Below, piece by piece: positions 8,945 to 18,930 of a stretch of DNA of 64,000 nt (positions are counted from its first letter, which is position 1; each line of letters starts with the position of its first letter). This stretch comes from a virus (lineage: Duplodnaviria; Caudoviricetes). A program made the position numbers and the translations under genes. The stretch lies in the IMG/VR virus record IMGVR_UViG_3300021425_003324, positions 1 to 64,000 of that record; one strand, given 5' to 3'. The notes beneath the pieces are model-generated. The model made no database searches and was not told the origin of the DNA. It worked only from the letters and a program-made list of their open reading frames with translations.

Positions 8945-9365
8945 TTAGCTGTTTAATTTCATCCTCTGTAGACAATTGAGCTAGCAATTCAATTTCGTCT
9001 ACCTTTCTTTCAGGATAAATTTTTGTAAGTATTTTTTCAAACTTTCCGGTCACGTTTGTGACATTTGATTTTAATCCTTGCCATTTATGGAATTCTATTT
9101 TGCCTGTGTTTCCGCATAAGCATAATAACTGCCATTGTAGTTCTTGATGCGAACTAACAACCATATAATTTTTGTTATAGTATTCATTTGTTTTTAAAAC
9201 AGCAAGCTCTTGTTTTTCTCTTTTCCCAGCAACACTTGAAGCGTATCTATTCATTAACCAAAAAGAGATACTTTTTCTTTGATCAGCATCTAGCTCTTTC
9301 CAAACAGATTTTGCGCCCATATCAACTGCAGCAAGAATATCTTTTACAGGCAATTTATTAGACAT
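8913..9365 (-). CDS. Clamp-loader small subunit-like (T4 gp62-like)
   Basis: FWLMNRYAS...NEYYN...HQELQW...FHKW pattern, size and replication context. Confidence 0.55.
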   Translation of the reverse strand: MSNKLPVKDILAAVDMGAKSVWKELDADQRKSISFWLMNRYASSVAGKREKQELAVLKTNEYYNKNYMVVSSHQELQWQLLCLCGNTGKIEFHKWQGLKSNVTNVTGKFEKILTKIYPERKVDEIELLAQLSTEDEIKQLIEDHALDIKL

Positions 9366-9376
9366 AATATATTATA

Positions 9377-9883
9377 TTAAATAAGTTTACAAAAATCAAT
9401 AACTTCCATTTGTCTATTAATTTCTTTTGTAAAAAAAGCGCATAATGGATTTTCTTCATTTGTCAACGGTATTGAGATTAATTGTCCAGTTTTTACTTTA
9501 GGAAAAAACCATTTTACTTCATTGAAAAAATTAGTTACTTTAATTTGTCCATAGTCTGCTTTATAACTTTTTCTAGGATTAAATAAAAAAGCTTCGAATC
9601 CTCTATCATTTAAACTTGTTAATGGAAGTACTTCTAAATCTTTACCTGTTCTGCTGTCTCCTACAGCAATATGCCAATCAATTGGCATCATTAATTCATG
9701 ACCACCGATTTCAAGTAAAACTGCAGGCGAACTAAACGCCTCTAAAAAAACCAAAGGTATAAAAAAGAAATCAGGATCATTTGGATTAGTATTATCCATT
9801 ACACTAAATCTAAAATCTTCTTCAATTTCGTCTGGTAAATTATTTAAATCAAATGTTGTATTTTCAAGTGTAAGTATTCTCAT
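9377..9883 (-). CDS. Hypothetical protein downstream of UvsW
   Basis: ATGA overlap with the uvsW stop; beta-rich. Confidence 0.7.
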   Translation of the reverse strand: MRILTLENTTFDLNNLPDEIEEDFRFSVMDNTNPNDPDFFFIPLVFLEAFSSPAVLLEIGGHELMMPIDWHIAVGDSRTGKDLEVLPLTSLNDRGFEAFLFNPRKSYKADYGQIKVTNFFNEVKWFFPKVKTGQLISIPLTNEENPLCAFFTKEINRQMEVIDFCKLI

Positions 9884-11343
9884 TGCCAGTCAACCTTTTC
9901 TATTGTAAATGGATATTGAGCATCTCGATAAAATTTCTTACGCTCTGTTAAATGTCTTTTTGCAAATTTGCAAGTACTTGTAAAATCCCAGATTTGTACA
10001 AAATCTTTGTCTTTAGCTTTACGGACACCGCGGCCTATAGACTGTATAACCCGTACAAAACTTTTTCCAGGTTCAATTAAAACAAGATTAAAAATACGAG
10101 GAATATTGATCCCCACAGCAGCAACCCCGTAAGTTGCAACGATAACCATATTGTCTGCATCTTGAATTTCATCATAAGCTGATTTTCTATCCTTTAATTT
10201 TACATCACCTTTTATAAAAATTGAATTTTCTATACGTTCGTGCAACAGTTCGCCCGCACTAATACGATCAATTAATATAAGTGTGTTGCCAGATTCCTTA
10301 ATTTTATTTAACATTTTAGCAATGTAGTTTACACGGTTTTCTTCAGTTACAAGATATTTTAATTCGCTTTGATAATCTCTATGTGCAACTGTATCAATAA
10401 GCTGTACAATGTTTACATGACAGTTAGACAGTACACCCTTGTCCTGTAATTCTTTAGCAGTAATTTGCCCAATAACAGGACCTATGCTTGCATGTAGTGC
10501 TTCAAATTCAAAACGTTCCTTGGGTACTGTGCCTGTTAGTCCCCAGCGTATCGGAGCATTACGTAAGTTGCGTGTGAGTAAATTCTTCAAGACCTCGGCC
10601 TTCGCCTGATGCACTTCATCAATTATTATTGTGCTTACACCGTCTAAGAACTCTGCAAGTGTTAATACTGCTGTACCATCCTTGCTTTTCTTATCTAGTA
10701 TGTTGAGACTTTGCCAAGTGCATATGGTATGTGTTTTGGATAGGTCTTTTCTATCGCCAAAGTATACGCCGCAGTCCAGCCCGCAATTTCGGTAATCTTC
10801 TTCAGTTTGTTGTACAAGAGATTTGTTTGGTACAACGACAAGTGTTCGTCCATATTTTTCCGCTATGTGTGAGAGTGTTGCAGTGGTAATAGTTTTACCA
10901 GCGCCTGTTGCAATTTCCTGTAGACTTTGTGGATTTCCTAAAAAGTTGTTTATAGCTTCTACTTGATAATCTCTTAATACAATATCTTCTCCTGCTGCAA
11001 GATGTCCTGCAGGCCATTTTACTCCTTGCTGTTTCCAATAGTCTTCTGTTATAGGTTGTAAGTCTAGTGTTACAGGATGCCTACGATCTTCTATGTCAGC
11101 AATTTCTACGCTATTGTTTTGCAGTATCTCTACGATTGTGTCAAGATGATTAACATATCCTGTACCACCTATACCAAAGAATGCTACCTTGCCGTCCCAT
11201 CTGCCAAGTTTATATTGCGGCATGTAACGGGCATATGGCACTTCAAATTTAAGTGCATTAGAAAGTTTCCTGCGTATTTCAACAGGAAGTCCTTCTAATT
11301 TTATATTAACCTCGTCTTCTATAATAAGTTTACAAGTTGTCAT
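9880..11343 (-). CDS. uvsW: SF2 DNA helicase UvsW-like
   Basis: LRDYQ, ATGAGKT, DEVH, GLTGT, QSIGRGVR. Confidence 0.9.
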   Translation of the reverse strand: MTTCKLIIEDEVNIKLEGLPVEIRRKLSNALKFEVPYARYMPQYKLGRWDGKVAFFGIGGTGYVNHLDTIVEILQNNSVEIADIEDRRHPVTLDLQPITEDYWKQQGVKWPAGHLAAGEDIVLRDYQVEAINNFLGNPQSLQEIATGAGKTITTATLSHIAEKYGRTLVVVPNKSLVQQTEEDYRNCGLDCGVYFGDRKDLSKTHTICTWQSLNILDKKSKDGTAVLTLAEFLDGVSTIIIDEVHQAKAEVLKNLLTRNLRNAPIRWGLTGTVPKERFEFEALHASIGPVIGQITAKELQDKGVLSNCHVNIVQLIDTVAHRDYQSELKYLVTEENRVNYIAKMLNKIKESGNTLILIDRISAGELLHERIENSIFIKGDVKLKDRKSAYDEIQDADNMVIVATYGVAAVGINIPRIFNLVLIEPGKSFVRVIQSIGRGVRKAKDKDFVQIWDFTSTCKFAKRHLTERKKFYRDAQYPFTIEKVDWQ

Positions 11344-12560
11344 AGTATATCGATATGTTGATTATTCCACGTTGGTTGTATAGTATCATAAAGGATAACT
11401 ATTTCTGCTCTATTATAAAACAATGAATAATTTTTAGATTGTCTAAAACTATCTAATATTATAGATGTATTTTGTAACCACTTATTTCTTAAAATTGGTT
11501 TTGACAATTTCTCATTGTTTAAAAAAACAACTTTTGTTTCATCTATCAAAGAGTTATTTAATTGTAAATTTTTAATAGTATTATTAAAAAGTGTATTTTC
11601 TTTTTTGCTATTATCCAATCTAAATAATACAGTCATTAGTTCTGGTCTAATAAACTTTATTAACTCATTATAAAAATTTTGTAAACCTTCTAGTTCATAA
11701 TTTCTTTTTAAAATAATTAACAACGGAAATCTTTTTAAATTGTACAATGATTGAATAATGTCATGATATGAAAATTTATCTTTTGCTGCATATAATGTTT
11801 TCATAGTAGAATGTGCAATTTTTTGAGATAATAATCCTAAGTTATTTAAAGATGAATTTAAATCTTTTTCGTCAAAAAAAGATAAACCTAAAACAGATCT
11901 TCTATCATAATATAATGCTAAATTTTTACTACTAGGATTTCCTAATTTTTCTGTAGCATAAGCATAACAATTTGGTCTAACATTTTTTAATTTGAAACTG
12001 TAAACACCTGGTTGAAAATCTTTAAAATTTTTTTGAATATTCTTAATTTCTAAATAAAATTTTTTTAGATTATCGTCTATTTCAAAATTAGATTGTTCAA
12101 TAAAATCTAAAAGTTTTAATACATTTTCTTCTGTAAAATCTACAAAGTGTGTTTTACTAATTTTGTCATATTCGTGTATCTTTTGTAAAGTTTTAATAAA
12201 AGTTATTAACTTTATCATTTTATTAGAATAAGGAAATCGTATAGCAAGTTTCATTTGCCTAGTTACACCAAATAAATCAAAATATTCTTTACTAATAATT
12301 TTTACAGATTTTTCTCGATTTATCTCTCTGTACGGTTGTTTTAATTTATCAAGATCATTTAGTAAATCTTTGTAATTATGTTTGTCAAATTGATCTTTGT
12401 ATTCTATCAATTTTTCTTTTGAAAGAAGATGTTGTCGATCAGTAAAAGCAACACCTTTTTTTATTTGAGCGCTTAAACTTTTTAAAAGTTTTAAATCTGT
12501 TTGTAGAATAGAAAAATCTTTATTATCAACTAATAAACAAATATAATCTTCAACAGTCAT
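11340..12560 (-). CDS. Hypothetical protein; start likely MTVEDY at 12560
   Basis: Long ORF, ATGA overlap with uvsW; promoter immediately upstream of 12560. Confidence 0.7.
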   Translation of the reverse strand: MTVEDYICLLVDNKDFSILQTDLKLLKSLSAQIKKGVAFTDRQHLLSKEKLIEYKDQFDKHNYKDLLNDLDKLKQPYREINREKSVKIISKEYFDLFGVTRQMKLAIRFPYSNKMIKLITFIKTLQKIHEYDKISKTHFVDFTEENVLKLLDFIEQSNFEIDDNLKKFYLEIKNIQKNFKDFQPGVYSFKLKNVRPNCYAYATEKLGNPSSKNLALYYDRRSVLGLSFFDEKDLNSSLNNLGLLSQKIAHSTMKTLYAAKDKFSYHDIIQSLYNLKRFPLLIILKRNYELEGLQNFYNELIKFIRPELMTVLFRLDNSKKENTLFNNTIKNLQLNNSLIDETKVVFLNNEKLSKPILRNKWLQNTSIILDSFRQSKNYSLFYNRAEIVILYDTIQPTWNNQHIDIL

Positions 12561-12587
12561 TATTGTACCCTTTAAAAAACTAGTATT

Positions 12588-12616
12588 ATTATAGCAAATT
12601 ATAAAGATGAAATCAA
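12588..12616 (-). promoter_or_regulatory. Sigma70-type promoter TTGATT-N17-TATAAT with extended TG
   Basis: TTGATT 12616-12611, TATAAT 12593-12588; same TTTGCTATAAT core as the primase promoter. Confidence 0.7.
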
Positions 12617-13441
12617 TCTTTTTAACGGACAACCACTAGAAATTTCGTCTATAGACCATTCAGTATAGGCCACATCATTTATCCATTGTGTCCTATCGAA
12701 AATTTTTGGTTGGCAAATTTCGGACAAATCATGATTGCTTACATCGTATGCAAGGCTCGATGGTCCTACAAAAGTAGGTATCCCTTCAATAGCAGCAAGG
12801 ACACCTGGATTACTAGACCAATTAATTACTGCATATAAATTTTGAAAATTAAGATTATAATTATCGTATGTATTCTGTATTTTTTGAGGATTCTGTATAA
12901 TTATATTTTTATATTGAGATATATCTATTTTTATTGGAGATCTAGGATGAGGTCTAAAAATGATTTTTTTATCGGTAAATTTTCTTATTTCATTTATAGT
13001 TGTATTGTAATAATTTTCTGAAAAGTTTTCATCACTCCATTGTCCGCTTTTCTTATGTTGGCCAGCAATAAGAATATTTCCGTTTGGATCATGATTGTTT
13101 TGTAAATAGAGTTTTAGCTTATCAGCTCGCTGATGGTCATTACCAGTTGGCCCAAAGAATGCATCTTTGTTGATGCCATTGATACCCATCTTCCAATAAA
13201 CACCTCTATTTAAACATCCTACTTCTAAAACTATTATTGGTTTGTTTTCTTTCCTATTTCTATTCCAGATAAGCTTATTTCTTGCCATCCTGCCGTGCCA
13301 AAGAATACTCCATATTACTTCTATGTCTGCTTCTTTGTTTACAATTACATTGTGGCCTAGTTTACTAGCTCCTTTAGCAAACGCTTCAAAAACGGATTTA
13401 GAATTTAACGCTCCATATGCGGTCCAAAGTCCAAATTTCAT
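12599..13441 (-). CDS. Capsule polysaccharide biosynthesis-like GT-B glycosyltransferase (KpsS/KpsC-like)
   Basis: LEVG, IIFRPHP, VINWSSNPGVLAAIEGIP. Confidence 0.65.
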   Translation of the reverse strand: MKFGLWTAYGALNSKSVFEAFAKGASKLGHNVIVNKEADIEVIWSILWHGRMARNKLIWNRNRKENKPIIVLEVGCLNRGVYWKMGINGINKDAFFGPTGNDHQRADKLKLYLQNNHDPNGNILIAGQHKKSGQWSDENFSENYYNTTINEIRKFTDKKIIFRPHPRSPIKIDISQYKNIIIQNPQKIQNTYDNYNLNFQNLYAVINWSSNPGVLAAIEGIPTFVGPSSLAYDVSNHDLSEICQPKIFDRTQWINDVAYTEWSIDEISSGCPLKRLISSL

Positions 13442-13479
13442 TGTTAAATACCTTTATACTATTTAAGAAAGATTTGCCT

Positions 13480-14319
13480 ATGAAAAATATTTTAGCAGTT
13501 ACAACATTTAACAAAGAAGGTTTAGATTTGTACGGACAAAGATTCCTAAACTCTTTTGCACAAAATGTAGACAAGGAAATACGATTGATTTGTTATGCAG
13601 AAAAATGCCAACCAGAAAATCCTAGCCCAAACAACATTTTAATTTTAGATCAAGAGGAAGCCCTGCCAGATTTAGTTAGATTTAAAAAGACTTGGAGTGA
13701 CGTCCCGATGGCAACTGGCACTTGTCCGTGGCCGCAGCGTCGTCCGAGAGATCATCATAAAACTTTTAAATGGGATGCTGTAAGATTTTCTAATAAAGTC
13801 TATGCAGTGTTTGATGCTTGTGAAAGAGCAGAAGATTGGTGCGTATGGATTGATGCTGACACCTATGTCCATAGTCCATGGTCTCATGAAGAATTTAGTT
13901 CAATACTTCCAGATCATGTTTGGTTAACCTATGTTGGTAGAGGAAAATCATCTCAAACATGGCCTGAGTGTGGATTTTACGGATTAAAGGTATCAGATGC
14001 AAAATGTAGACAATTTGTTGCAAATTTTAGATACATGTATGAGAATGCTAACATAGGAATTTTTAAATTAGAAGAATGGCATGATAGTTATGTATTTGGC
14101 CATGTATTAGATAAGTTTAAACAAATGTATCCAGACATGTACGATTATACTAAAGACATGGTGTTAAAGCAGGCAAGTACAGGAGGCGGAGGTCACCCTC
14201 TAATCAATACTGTTCTTGGAAAATGGATTGATCATTTAAAAGGTGATAGAAAAAGATTACAAAAAAGTAAGCGATCGGATTTAACTACTAAAAGGCCAGA
14301 AAAATATTGGAAGCAATAG
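13480..14319 (+). CDS. GT-A glycosyltransferase; start likely MKNILAV at 13480
   Basis: RFSNKVYA, WIDAD (DxD), ECGF, WHDSYVF, HLKG. Confidence 0.7.
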   Translation: MKNILAVTTFNKEGLDLYGQRFLNSFAQNVDKEIRLICYAEKCQPENPSPNNILILDQEEALPDLVRFKKTWSDVPMATGTCPWPQRRPRDHHKTFKWDAVRFSNKVYAVFDACERAEDWCVWIDADTYVHSPWSHEEFSSILPDHVWLTYVGRGKSSQTWPECGFYGLKVSDAKCRQFVANFRYMYENANIGIFKLEEWHDSYVFGHVLDKFKQMYPDMYDYTKDMVLKQASTGGGGHPLINTVLGKWIDHLKGDRKRLQKSKRSDLTTKRPEKYWKQ

Positions 14320-14975
14320 AGACTTATATCATACATTTACCAAATGTTAAGGAGTCTGTTAGAACAGCTACAAATTTACAAAAGCAATTGACAGATTTAA
14401 ATATGCCTTCTACATTATTTAACGGAATCTATGGCCCAGATGGAGTTGCACTTTTACAAAAAGAAAATAGGCAGGTTCATCCAATAGGATTTAAAGGAAC
14501 TAGAGTAGATAATAAATCTAAAGAAAAAATGAAAAGTCCTGGCCTAATAGGTTGCTTTTATAGCCATTTTTTCTTATGGAAAAAATGTGTTGAATTAGAT
14601 AAACCTATTATAATAATGGAAGATGACAATGTGCTGACACGGCCTTTTATACCAGTTGAATGGCAAGATGTTTTAATACTAGTATTGGGACATCCAGCAA
14701 AAAGTAGATATTTCCAACATTTACTTAAAAATCCTACTGGAAATCCTCGAGCCATATATTATAATAGATCATCAATGCCAGGTGCTTGTGGTTATGCTTT
14801 AAAGCCTTGTGGAGCTAAAAAACTTGTAGAAACTTATAAGAATACATATTTGCCAGCAGATAATTGTATTAATAAATTAATAGTAAGTATCCAAATCCAT
14901 AATTACATAATGGGAAGAGCATTGGTTGCAGAAGACGGAAAGGTAAGTTTAACTAGGATCGGTTATTGGCGGTAA
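14307..14975 (+). CDS. GT25-like glycosyltransferase
   Basis: YIIHL, GLIGCFYSH..LW, IMEDD, GYAL...GAKKL, PAD. Confidence 0.8.
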   Translation: MEAIETYIIHLPNVKESVRTATNLQKQLTDLNMPSTLFNGIYGPDGVALLQKENRQVHPIGFKGTRVDNKSKEKMKSPGLIGCFYSHFFLWKKCVELDKPIIIMEDDNVLTRPFIPVEWQDVLILVLGHPAKSRYFQHLLKNPTGNPRAIYYNRSSMPGACGYALKPCGAKKLVETYKNTYLPADNCINKLIVSIQIHNYIMGRALVAEDGKVSLTRIGYWR

Positions 14976-15662
14976 ATTTTTTTTCCTGTCTCCCCAATAA
15001 TGTACTAAGAACGGTTCTAGTTCAGTATCATAAAATCCACAAGTTTTATCATCTTTAATTCTTACCCTGTTTAGCCAAAGATTGCGCCATGGTATATTTT
15101 TACTGTAATCTTGTAAAATATATGCATCCCAGGGGTGAGGTAATGTAAAAATTTTATCGTTAAAGTAATAGTTTATGTAATCTAAAATAAATTTAGGAAA
15201 AAGGTCATGCCTTGTGTTAACTGCTAACCATCCAGAATCAGGTAAATCTCTAGTTTTTAAAATACTTGAATACAGTTGATCTTGGTTAGGTAAAAAGTTT
15301 TTTACATCAAATTTTTCTTTAATGTAAACATCTGCATCTAGCCAAATTAAAAACTTATATTTTTCACTTAAAGTTTTCAGCCCATAATAAACTGTAAGTG
15401 CTTTTTTAAAAAATTTAAAATATTTATGGCCTTTCGTATTGATAATTTTTTGTAATACAGCTCGATCAATCTCTTTGTAAGCTGCGTCTAGGTCAATAGT
15501 TAAATAATTTAATTTTTTAGGAAAATTTGGTTCTGTAAAAATTATTTTATCTTCGTCAAGTAAATCCCATCTTTTTAAAGAATGCTTACCGACTTTATTA
15601 TAATATTGAAAACTCAAACCAGTAAACCAACAAATATTATTCATTTTATATTTTCCAAACAT
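14949..15662 (-). CDS. GT-A glycosyltransferase (paralog of 13480 ORF)
   Basis: KFFKKA, IWLDADV, DSGW, WDAYI, HYWG. Confidence 0.65.
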   Translation of the reverse strand: MFGKYKMNNICWFTGLSFQYYNKVGKHSLKRWDLLDEDKIIFTEPNFPKKLNYLTIDLDAAYKEIDRAVLQKIINTKGHKYFKFFKKALTVYYGLKTLSEKYKFLIWLDADVYIKEKFDVKNFLPNQDQLYSSILKTRDLPDSGWLAVNTRHDLFPKFILDYINYYFNDKIFTLPHPWDAYILQDYSKNIPWRNLWLNRVRIKDDKTCGFYDTELEPFLVHYWGDRKKNLPPITDPS

Positions 15663-16567
15663 GTTTTAAAATGTTGCCAAGCTTCGCCTGATGCAGTTTC
15701 TTCTAAATTCCAATGAGACATTGCAATTTTTTCTATCCAATTTTCTCTATCTTTCAGCAATGGATTTTCTATATCTTGTAATGAACAATTGCCTATATCA
15801 TATGCTTGGCTGTCTTTCGGATTAGGATCTGTTATAAAACAAGGTAAACCTTCTATTGCTGCTGCAACGCCAGGGCTACTATTGTAAGTGACTACAGCCC
15901 ATGCATCTAAAAAATCTTCACATATATTTTGTTTTTTACTAATAGTTACATTTGGAAACCGTATCTTATCAGTGTATAGATGGGATTTTTTATCACCTGG
16001 ATGAGATCTTACAACAATTGGTCTGTCTGTAAGTTTATGTAGTTGATTTAAAATATCAACAAGCCAATTAAACACAGGCAGTCCTTTCATAGACCATCCT
16101 CCATTCCTTTGTGTACAAACTAGAATATGTGATCCTGTTTTCCTATATGGCTTTAATTTTAAATTAAGATTTTTACTAATTTTGCTCCATCTATCAGGCT
16201 TAATAATAGAATCGAAGTAAAAACCACTTGTAGGAAAAATATTATCTAAACTAAATCTTGTGTATTGCATGTCATGTAACGTGCCTACTTTATAATTAAA
16301 CAAATTACTATCTATTATTAAGGTATGCTTGTTGTGTGTATTAGCAATAACTTGTCTACGAAGATTTAAATGCGGAACTTGTTTACTATCTGCATGAACC
16401 CAACCTTGGATTAAACCTATATCACTATTAATTAGAGACCTATGTTGGTGTAATATTCCTGTGTCTCCAGTTTTGTTGACTCCTTCGATTAATGAGCTGA
16501 TTAATTTGGTTTTGTGTAAGTTTTTATTTGGTGAAGGTATTCCTCCTAGATAACCTACAACTTTCAT
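15641..16567 (-). CDS. Capsule polysaccharide biosynthesis-like GT-B glycosyltransferase (paralog of 12599 ORF)
   Basis: IVVRSHP, VTYNSSPGVAAAIEGLP. Confidence 0.65.
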   Translation of the reverse strand: MKVVGYLGGIPSPNKNLHKTKLISSLIEGVNKTGDTGILHQHRSLINSDIGLIQGWVHADSKQVPHLNLRRQVIANTHNKHTLIIDSNLFNYKVGTLHDMQYTRFSLDNIFPTSGFYFDSIIKPDRWSKISKNLNLKLKPYRKTGSHILVCTQRNGGWSMKGLPVFNWLVDILNQLHKLTDRPIVVRSHPGDKKSHLYTDKIRFPNVTISKKQNICEDFLDAWAVVTYNSSPGVAAAIEGLPCFITDPNPKDSQAYDIGNCSLQDIENPLLKDRENWIEKIAMSHWNLEETASGEAWQHFKTCLENIK

Positions 16568-17238
16568 AATTTATCATCTTTAAATATTCTTTTGTTTTCT
16601 TTGTTTATATGATGTATAAAAAAATCTTTAAATCTAGAATTTGCAAAAGCATCTTTATTATCACAATATTTGTCAACTAAGTTTGTAAATCGTCTTTCAG
16701 TTGCTACTGCTCCTAGCACATATGCATCATATGGTTTATGAACCTTGTCAAGAGATTCATACCAAAATTTTTCGTATTTTTTTATAACAACATTTAACTT
16801 TTCATGTTCTTGGTTAAAAATCACAAGGCCAGTTTCAAAACAATCTTTTTCTACATAATTACTACGCATCAATGCTAATTCATGTTTGAAACTAGCATTA
16901 AAATAATCAGCAGGAATAGGTTTAATTTGTTCAACATCAGCATCTAACCATATAATCCTTGTGTCTTCAGGACGGTTTTTAACTGCATGTATCTGAGCGC
17001 ATGCTTTACCCCAAAACCTTCTTACCTTTGTTGTTAGATCTAATTCATCATATGAATGCAAACAAGGAACGTGTAGTAATCTTTTATTAAATTTAATATC
17101 TGTTAACCAATCTACTTCGCCTTCAGGGTAATCAATATAGATTAAAAGATCTCCAGGTAGCCTCCAATTAGGTATCAAAAATTGTGCAGTGTTATACCAA
17201 TAGTCTTTAGAAACACTAGTTATAAATTGTAATTTCAT
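16564..17238 (-). CDS. GT-A glycosyltransferase (paralog of 13480 ORF)
   Basis: RFWGKA, IWLDADV, ETGL, YDAYV. Confidence 0.65.
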   Translation of the reverse strand: MKLQFITSVSKDYWYNTAQFLIPNWRLPGDLLIYIDYPEGEVDWLTDIKFNKRLLHVPCLHSYDELDLTTKVRRFWGKACAQIHAVKNRPEDTRIIWLDADVEQIKPIPADYFNASFKHELALMRSNYVEKDCFETGLVIFNQEHEKLNVVIKKYEKFWYESLDKVHKPYDAYVLGAVATERRFTNLVDKYCDNKDAFANSRFKDFFIHHINKENKRIFKDDKL

Positions 17239-17951
17239 ACTTGATAATCAATTGTGTTTTCTAGTAAAAAATCTTTTCCGGTCATATCTTTGTATTCATC
17301 TCTCCATTCAACTGAAAGATGCTGCATATAATAATTTTTAAACCAAGGTCCGCCTTCGGTGTAATGTATAAGTTTAGGACATCCGTCATGCTTATAGTAA
17401 TGACCAACTAAGTAATTCCATTCATGATGTAATGTTCCTATTTCTTTATCTTCTAGCCAACTAAATCTATGGAAGTATGCACCATCTTTTGTTTCGTCAT
17501 TTACCAAATCTTTAGTTAGGATTTTGTTACTAGGATGACCACAATTAAACAGCATAACACTAGACCAATTCTTCCTAGGATATCTAAACTGTTTTCTACC
17601 ATCCATTTTCACTGTATGTTTTGGATGGAATGCATGTTTCACAACCATTACAGCATATTGATCATCTGCTAACTCAAATAATTCTGTTATGTCGGATTGT
17701 AAAAGCATGTCGCAATCCATAAACAACGCCCAACCTTTATGATCCATTAATGCAGGTACAAGGAATCTTGTGAATGTAAACTCTGTAGAAGCTAATTTAT
17801 CTATAGGACGAGTGTACCAATTTTCTACTTCAAGATCTTTTTTAATAAGAGGTTTTATTATCGCATTTGGTGTTCTTTTTAAAATACTGTGTTTACAAAC
17901 TTGATAAGCAATATCTTCTCTTGGATCATACCCGATAAAAATATTAATCAT
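17235..17951 (-). CDS. GT8-like nucleotide-diphospho-sugar transferase
   Basis: IFIGYDPRE, STEFTFTRF, FMDCD, YPRKNWSS, HYTEGGPW. Confidence 0.8.
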   Translation of the reverse strand: MINIFIGYDPREDIAYQVCKHSILKRTPNAIIKPLIKKDLEVENWYTRPIDKLASTEFTFTRFLVPALMDHKGWALFMDCDMLLQSDITELFELADDQYAVMVVKHAFHPKHTVKMDGRKQFRYPRKNWSSVMLFNCGHPSNKILTKDLVNDETKDGAYFHRFSWLEDKEIGTLHHEWNYLVGHYYKHDGCPKLIHYTEGGPWFKNYYMQHLSVEWRDEYKDMTGKDFLLENTIDYQV

Positions 17952-18928
17952 TTTTTAACTTTATACTTTTTTACACTTTCTATTTTGCTTGCTTTAATTT
18001 CTGCAATAATATTTTCTTTGTTATGTAAATTATTAACAGGTAAATCTTTTTGTTTTGGATCTGCAAAATCAATTAAAGATAAATCGTTTCCAGTTACAAT
18101 TATATTCCACGGTGCAATATCGTTGTGATTAGAAAAATCTAAATTTTCTATTTGTCTACAAATAAAATCTTTAGATGGATATGTACCATTTAGATATTGA
18201 TATGTTCTTAGATTAATCCCAGGAATCCAATCTCTTTTTTCAATTTTTGTATTTTTTTTGTTATTGTAGGTTTTTGTTTTGAAATCAGATTCTATTACTA
18301 AATTTTCTAAATAATTTTTCCTTTTGATTGATGCATCCCAATATGCTTTTTCTAAGATAGGATTATTAAATTTTTTCACACCCATTAAAGATTTACTATT
18401 AGAAGTATGTCTAGAAAATGATCCTATCATAGAATAATTTTTTTCTACATGTGAATAGATTTCTGTTAACTTTGTCTGTCCGCAAGCTCCTTTATCATTT
18501 GGACTAGGAGTTTCTATAATTACTGTTTCTCCTAATTTTTCAATTGCAGCTATACTTTTAGTTGGATCATCTAGATGATGAATTATATTCAAACATAAGA
18601 CTACATCAAAATGTTCGCACTGAGACAAATTTATAAGTTTATCGGCAGTAAGGGTATTATTTAAAATAACTACATTAGTACTTTCATTATCTTTTCCTAA
18701 TTGCGTTAGGTGCTTACCGTATTTACTTTCTATTAAAACACAAGTAGCCTTGGGAAAATCTTCTGCTATTCTAAAACTAAAATAACCTAAATTTGCGCCA
18801 ATATCTAAAACAGTAAATGGCCTTTTGTATTGTTCTAAAACTTTTTTAATAACAGGATACCTTGCAGCGCATTCTCTTACACCAGGTGTTACACTACCTT
18901 TAATCCAAATATCTTGATATTGTTCCAT
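17948..18928 (-). CDS. SAM methyltransferase fused to a kinase-like C-terminal domain (WbdD-like architecture)
   Basis: VLDIGANLGYF, FDVVLCLNIIHH; C-terminal HNDIAPWNII...LIDF. Confidence 0.7.
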   Translation of the reverse strand: MEQYQDIWIKGSVTPGVRECAARYPVIKKVLEQYKRPFTVLDIGANLGYFSFRIAEDFPKATCVLIESKYGKHLTQLGKDNESTNVVILNNTLTADKLINLSQCEHFDVVLCLNIIHHLDDPTKSIAAIEKLGETVIIETPSPNDKGACGQTKLTEIYSHVEKNYSMIGSFSRHTSNSKSLMGVKKFNNPILEKAYWDASIKRKNYLENLVIESDFKTKTYNNKKNTKIEKRDWIPGINLRTYQYLNGTYPSKDFICRQIENLDFSNHNDIAPWNIIVTGNDLSLIDFADPKQKDLPVNNLHNKENIIAEIKASKIESVKKYKVKK

Positions 18929-18930
18929 AA

